Program-made: the position numbers and the translations under genes
Part shown: one piece after another, positions 21,340 to 24,007 of the stretch
How the letters are laid out: every line of letters starts with the position of its first letter
Position numbering within the stretch: the first letter of the stretch is position 1
The notes under the pieces: generated by a model
Told to the model about the DNA's origin: nothing
Databases searched by the model: none
The model's input: only the letters and a program-made list of their open reading frames with translations
Origin: Octopus sinensis
Taxonomy: Eukaryota
Assembly: GCF_006345805.1 (NCBI RefSeq)
Contig: NW_021836419.1
Location: forward strand, 1-24,007
Direction: 5' to 3'
DNA length: 24,007 bases

Positions 21340-21660
21340 GTTTTATTTCAAAATTTCTTGCCAAAAGAGAAAGAACCGGTTTCTAACCTAGATCCAAGGC
21401 TCCGTCATTGTAATTTGAACATCAACAACAGGGTATGTTTGTATGTATGTTTGTATGTATGTGTGACCGCGTGTGTATCGTTGGCGATTTTTTTCCTACG
21501 TCTTCTCTTCCTTGGATCTTTCCTTTTTCTATGTTTCTGACGAAGAGCTCCGCTCGAAACGTTAAAATCCTTCTTCTTTCTTTCCTGAGCGTCCAATAAC
21601 ACTATACTTGTTCCACGTCCTCGCGTTGTTGTGTTTTCTCTTAGTGTTTTCATGTTAGGA
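21340..21660 (+). mobile_element. Probable Penelope-like or retrozyme-type repeat end between TA/TG tracts
   Basis: Carries ctgacgaagagctccgctcgaaacgtt, the form of hammerhead motif known from Penelope pseudo-LTRs; no ORF. The family assignment is an inference. Confidence 0.45.
21533..21567 (+). ncRNA. Minimal type I hammerhead ribozyme motif (putative)
   Basis: CUGACGA (21537-21543), extra A, stem II GAGC-ucc-GCUC, GAAA (21556-21559), palindromic CGUU in place of stem III, and a short stem I (uuu/aaa). Confidence 0.55.
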
Positions 21661-21664
21661 TTAA

Positions 21665-21695
21665 CCATATATATATATGTATGTATATATTTACG

Positions 21696-21729
<34 letters not shown>

Positions 21730-21835
21730 TGTATGTATGTATGTATGTTTGTAGGTATGTATGCATACATGTATGTATACATGTATGTATATATGTATGT
21801 ATGCATGTATGCATACATGCACGTATATATGCATG

Positions 21836-21877
<42 letters not shown>

Positions 21878-22071
21878 CGTGCAGATTTGTATATTTTGTT
21901 TTGTGCATGTTTTCTCGTACATATGTGTGCATACCTAGACATACTGCAACAAACATATGTATGAATGTGTCTATGTTTATATGTATGTACGTAAGCATGC
22001 GTATATATAATTCTATTTATGTGTGTGCGTGTTAGTTTTTGTGTTATTGCATGTATATATCTGTTTACATT

Positions 22072-22102
<31 letters not shown>

Positions 22103-22128
22103 ACACACACAGAGACACACACAGACAG

Positions 22129-22159
<31 letters not shown>

Positions 22160-22160
22160 A
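21665..22160. repeat. (TATG)n/(TA)n/(CA)n compound microsatellite
   Basis: Direct reading. Confidence 0.9.
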
Positions 22161-22769
22161 CACATGGTTGCGTCTGTGTGTTATCGGAAAATCCACGCAA
22201 ACATTTTATTTTCATATTCGAAGGTTTTTTTTTAAATACGCGCGGTTCCGGGTTCCGTGCCGTTGTTTCGGGCCGAGGCAACCGTTCCATCGCCCATCAT
22301 CCCTATAACCAGCATCACCGCTACCCACCCCCATAGACCATCATATCCATAATTCCATCATTCGAGTACCAGTCCCCCACCCCCACTCCCCCCCCACTCC
22401 AACCCCCCCGTCACCACCACCACCGCCATCGCCATCACCTCCGCTGACACCCCAAACCTCCACCGTACTCACCCCAACTGTCCACCCGTTTCTTTGCTTT
22501 CCGAGAACATTCCACGTAGCTTCACCGTTGCCTGGCAACCGAGCATGCAACAAACAGCAGTTGTGATGTTGATGTTGATGTTGAAGATGGCGATGGTATT
22601 TGTGGTGGTGGTTACTTACCTCAACCCCCCCCCCCTCACCCCGTCATGCTCTCACAACCACTACCAGCGACACCCTAATCACACAACGCACCACTGCCAC
22701 CACCACCACCACCACCCCCATCACTGCCGCCGCAACTTACTTTCTGCTTTACCTTCACTTCGACCCACA

Positions 22770-22909
22770 TCACTACGACTAGCTCTACTACTACAAACTA
22801 CTACTACTACTACTACAACTACTACTACTACCACTACTACACTACTACTACTACTACTACTACCACTACTACTACACCACACACTACTACACTACTACTA
22901 CTACCACTA

Positions 22910-22966
<57 letters not shown>

Positions 22967-22998
22967 AACTACTACTACTACTACTACAACTACTACTA

Positions 22999-23087
<89 letters not shown>

Positions 23088-23110
23088 GCTACTACTACTA
23101 CTACTGCTAT
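22770..23110. repeat. (CTA)n microsatellite
   Basis: Direct reading. Confidence 0.95.
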
Positions 23111-23227
23111 TACTGGCTATAGTTGTAGTGGTGGCGGTGGTGATGGTGCTTGTGTTGGCTGTAGTGGCGGTAGCAGTGCTAGTAGTAGTGGTGGTGGTGG
23201 TAGTATTTACAGCATGGTGGGTTGCAT

Positions 23228-23378
23228 GGCGGTGTCAGCTGCAATAGGGTAGTAGCAGTAGGAGTAGTGTTGGCGATGGTGGTAGTAGTAGCCACTGCAG
23301 CAGCAGCAGCAGTAGCAGTAGTAGTAGCAGTAGTAGTAGTAGTAGTAGTAGCAGTAGTATATCAGCAGCAGTAGTAGC

Positions 23379-23419
<41 letters not shown>

Positions 23420-23420
23420 C

Positions 23421-23455
<35 letters not shown>

Positions 23456-23930
23456 CAGCAGTAGTAGTAGTAGTAGTAATTGTAGTAGTAATTGTAGTAG
23501 TAGTAGAAGCAGTAGCAGCAGCAGTAGTAGTAGTAGTTGTAGTAGTAGTAGTTGTAGTACAATGAGAAGGAGGCAGGAGTAGTGAAGGAAAAGAAGTAAC
23601 AGCGTTGGTGGTGGCGCAGGTAGTAGTGTCGGTGGTGGTACTCGATGTTGTGTTGGTTGTTTGGGTGTTAGCATGGGTGGTGGTGGTGGTGGTGGAGGCG
23701 GTGATGGTAGTGGTGGTGGTGGTAGTGGTGTTGATGGTGGTGCTGGTGCTGATGGTGATGGTGGTGGTGGTAGTGGTGATGGTGGTGGTGGTGGTGGTTG
23801 TGATGTTGGTGGTGGTGGTGGTGGTTGTGGATGGTGGTGATGTTGGTGGTGGTGGTAGTGGTGGTGATGGTGATGGTGATGGTGGTGATGGTGGTGGTGG
23901 TGCTGGTGGAGGTGGTGGTGGTGCTGGCGG
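23228..23930. repeat. (TAG/GTA)n followed by (GGT)n microsatellites
   Basis: Direct reading; these are the reverse-complement classes of the upstream (CTA)n and CAC-rich tracts. Confidence 0.95.
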
Positions 23931-24007
23931 TTATTGTAATGGTTTGGAATGTCTTGGGGGTACGGAAGATTGGTTAAAGACGGATTGCGTGTCAAACTAT
24001 CACAGCG

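Noticed and set aside
22232-22310. CpG-rich patch with tandem ggttccg as a possible promoter with ETS-like sites
   Set aside because: Too short, the sites do not match CCGGAAGT, and ggttccgggttc is also the SINE A B-box region.

Overview
AT-rich eukaryotic non-coding DNA (intergenic or a large intron), saturated with microsatellites and short interspersed repeats. The repeat repertoire looks like a coleoid cephalopod, probably Octopus; this is an inference from recognised repeat style, not a database match. I found no supportable protein-coding gene: nearly all ORFs in the track are translations of simple repeats or SINEs. Supported content: (i) about 11 full or partial copies of a tRNA-derived SINE with an internal microsatellite (family A); (ii) a dimeric SINE and its decayed relatives (family C); (iii) two SINEs sharing a CORE-like head but with different bodies (family E); (iv) about 7 copies of a 200-250 bp repeat with no visible Pol III head (family D); (v) a hAT-type MITE whose subterminal motif has expanded into an 18-bp minisatellite; (vi) two head-to-tail copies of a ~550-bp element bracketed by (AAT)n; (vii) a minimal hammerhead-ribozyme motif plus a decayed second one, in probable Penelope-like repeat ends; (viii) several long inverted repeats and mirror-oriented microsatellite pairs that could form dsRNA. 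Family labels A, C, D and E are my own. All coordinates and identities were read by hand and are approximate at repeat edges.
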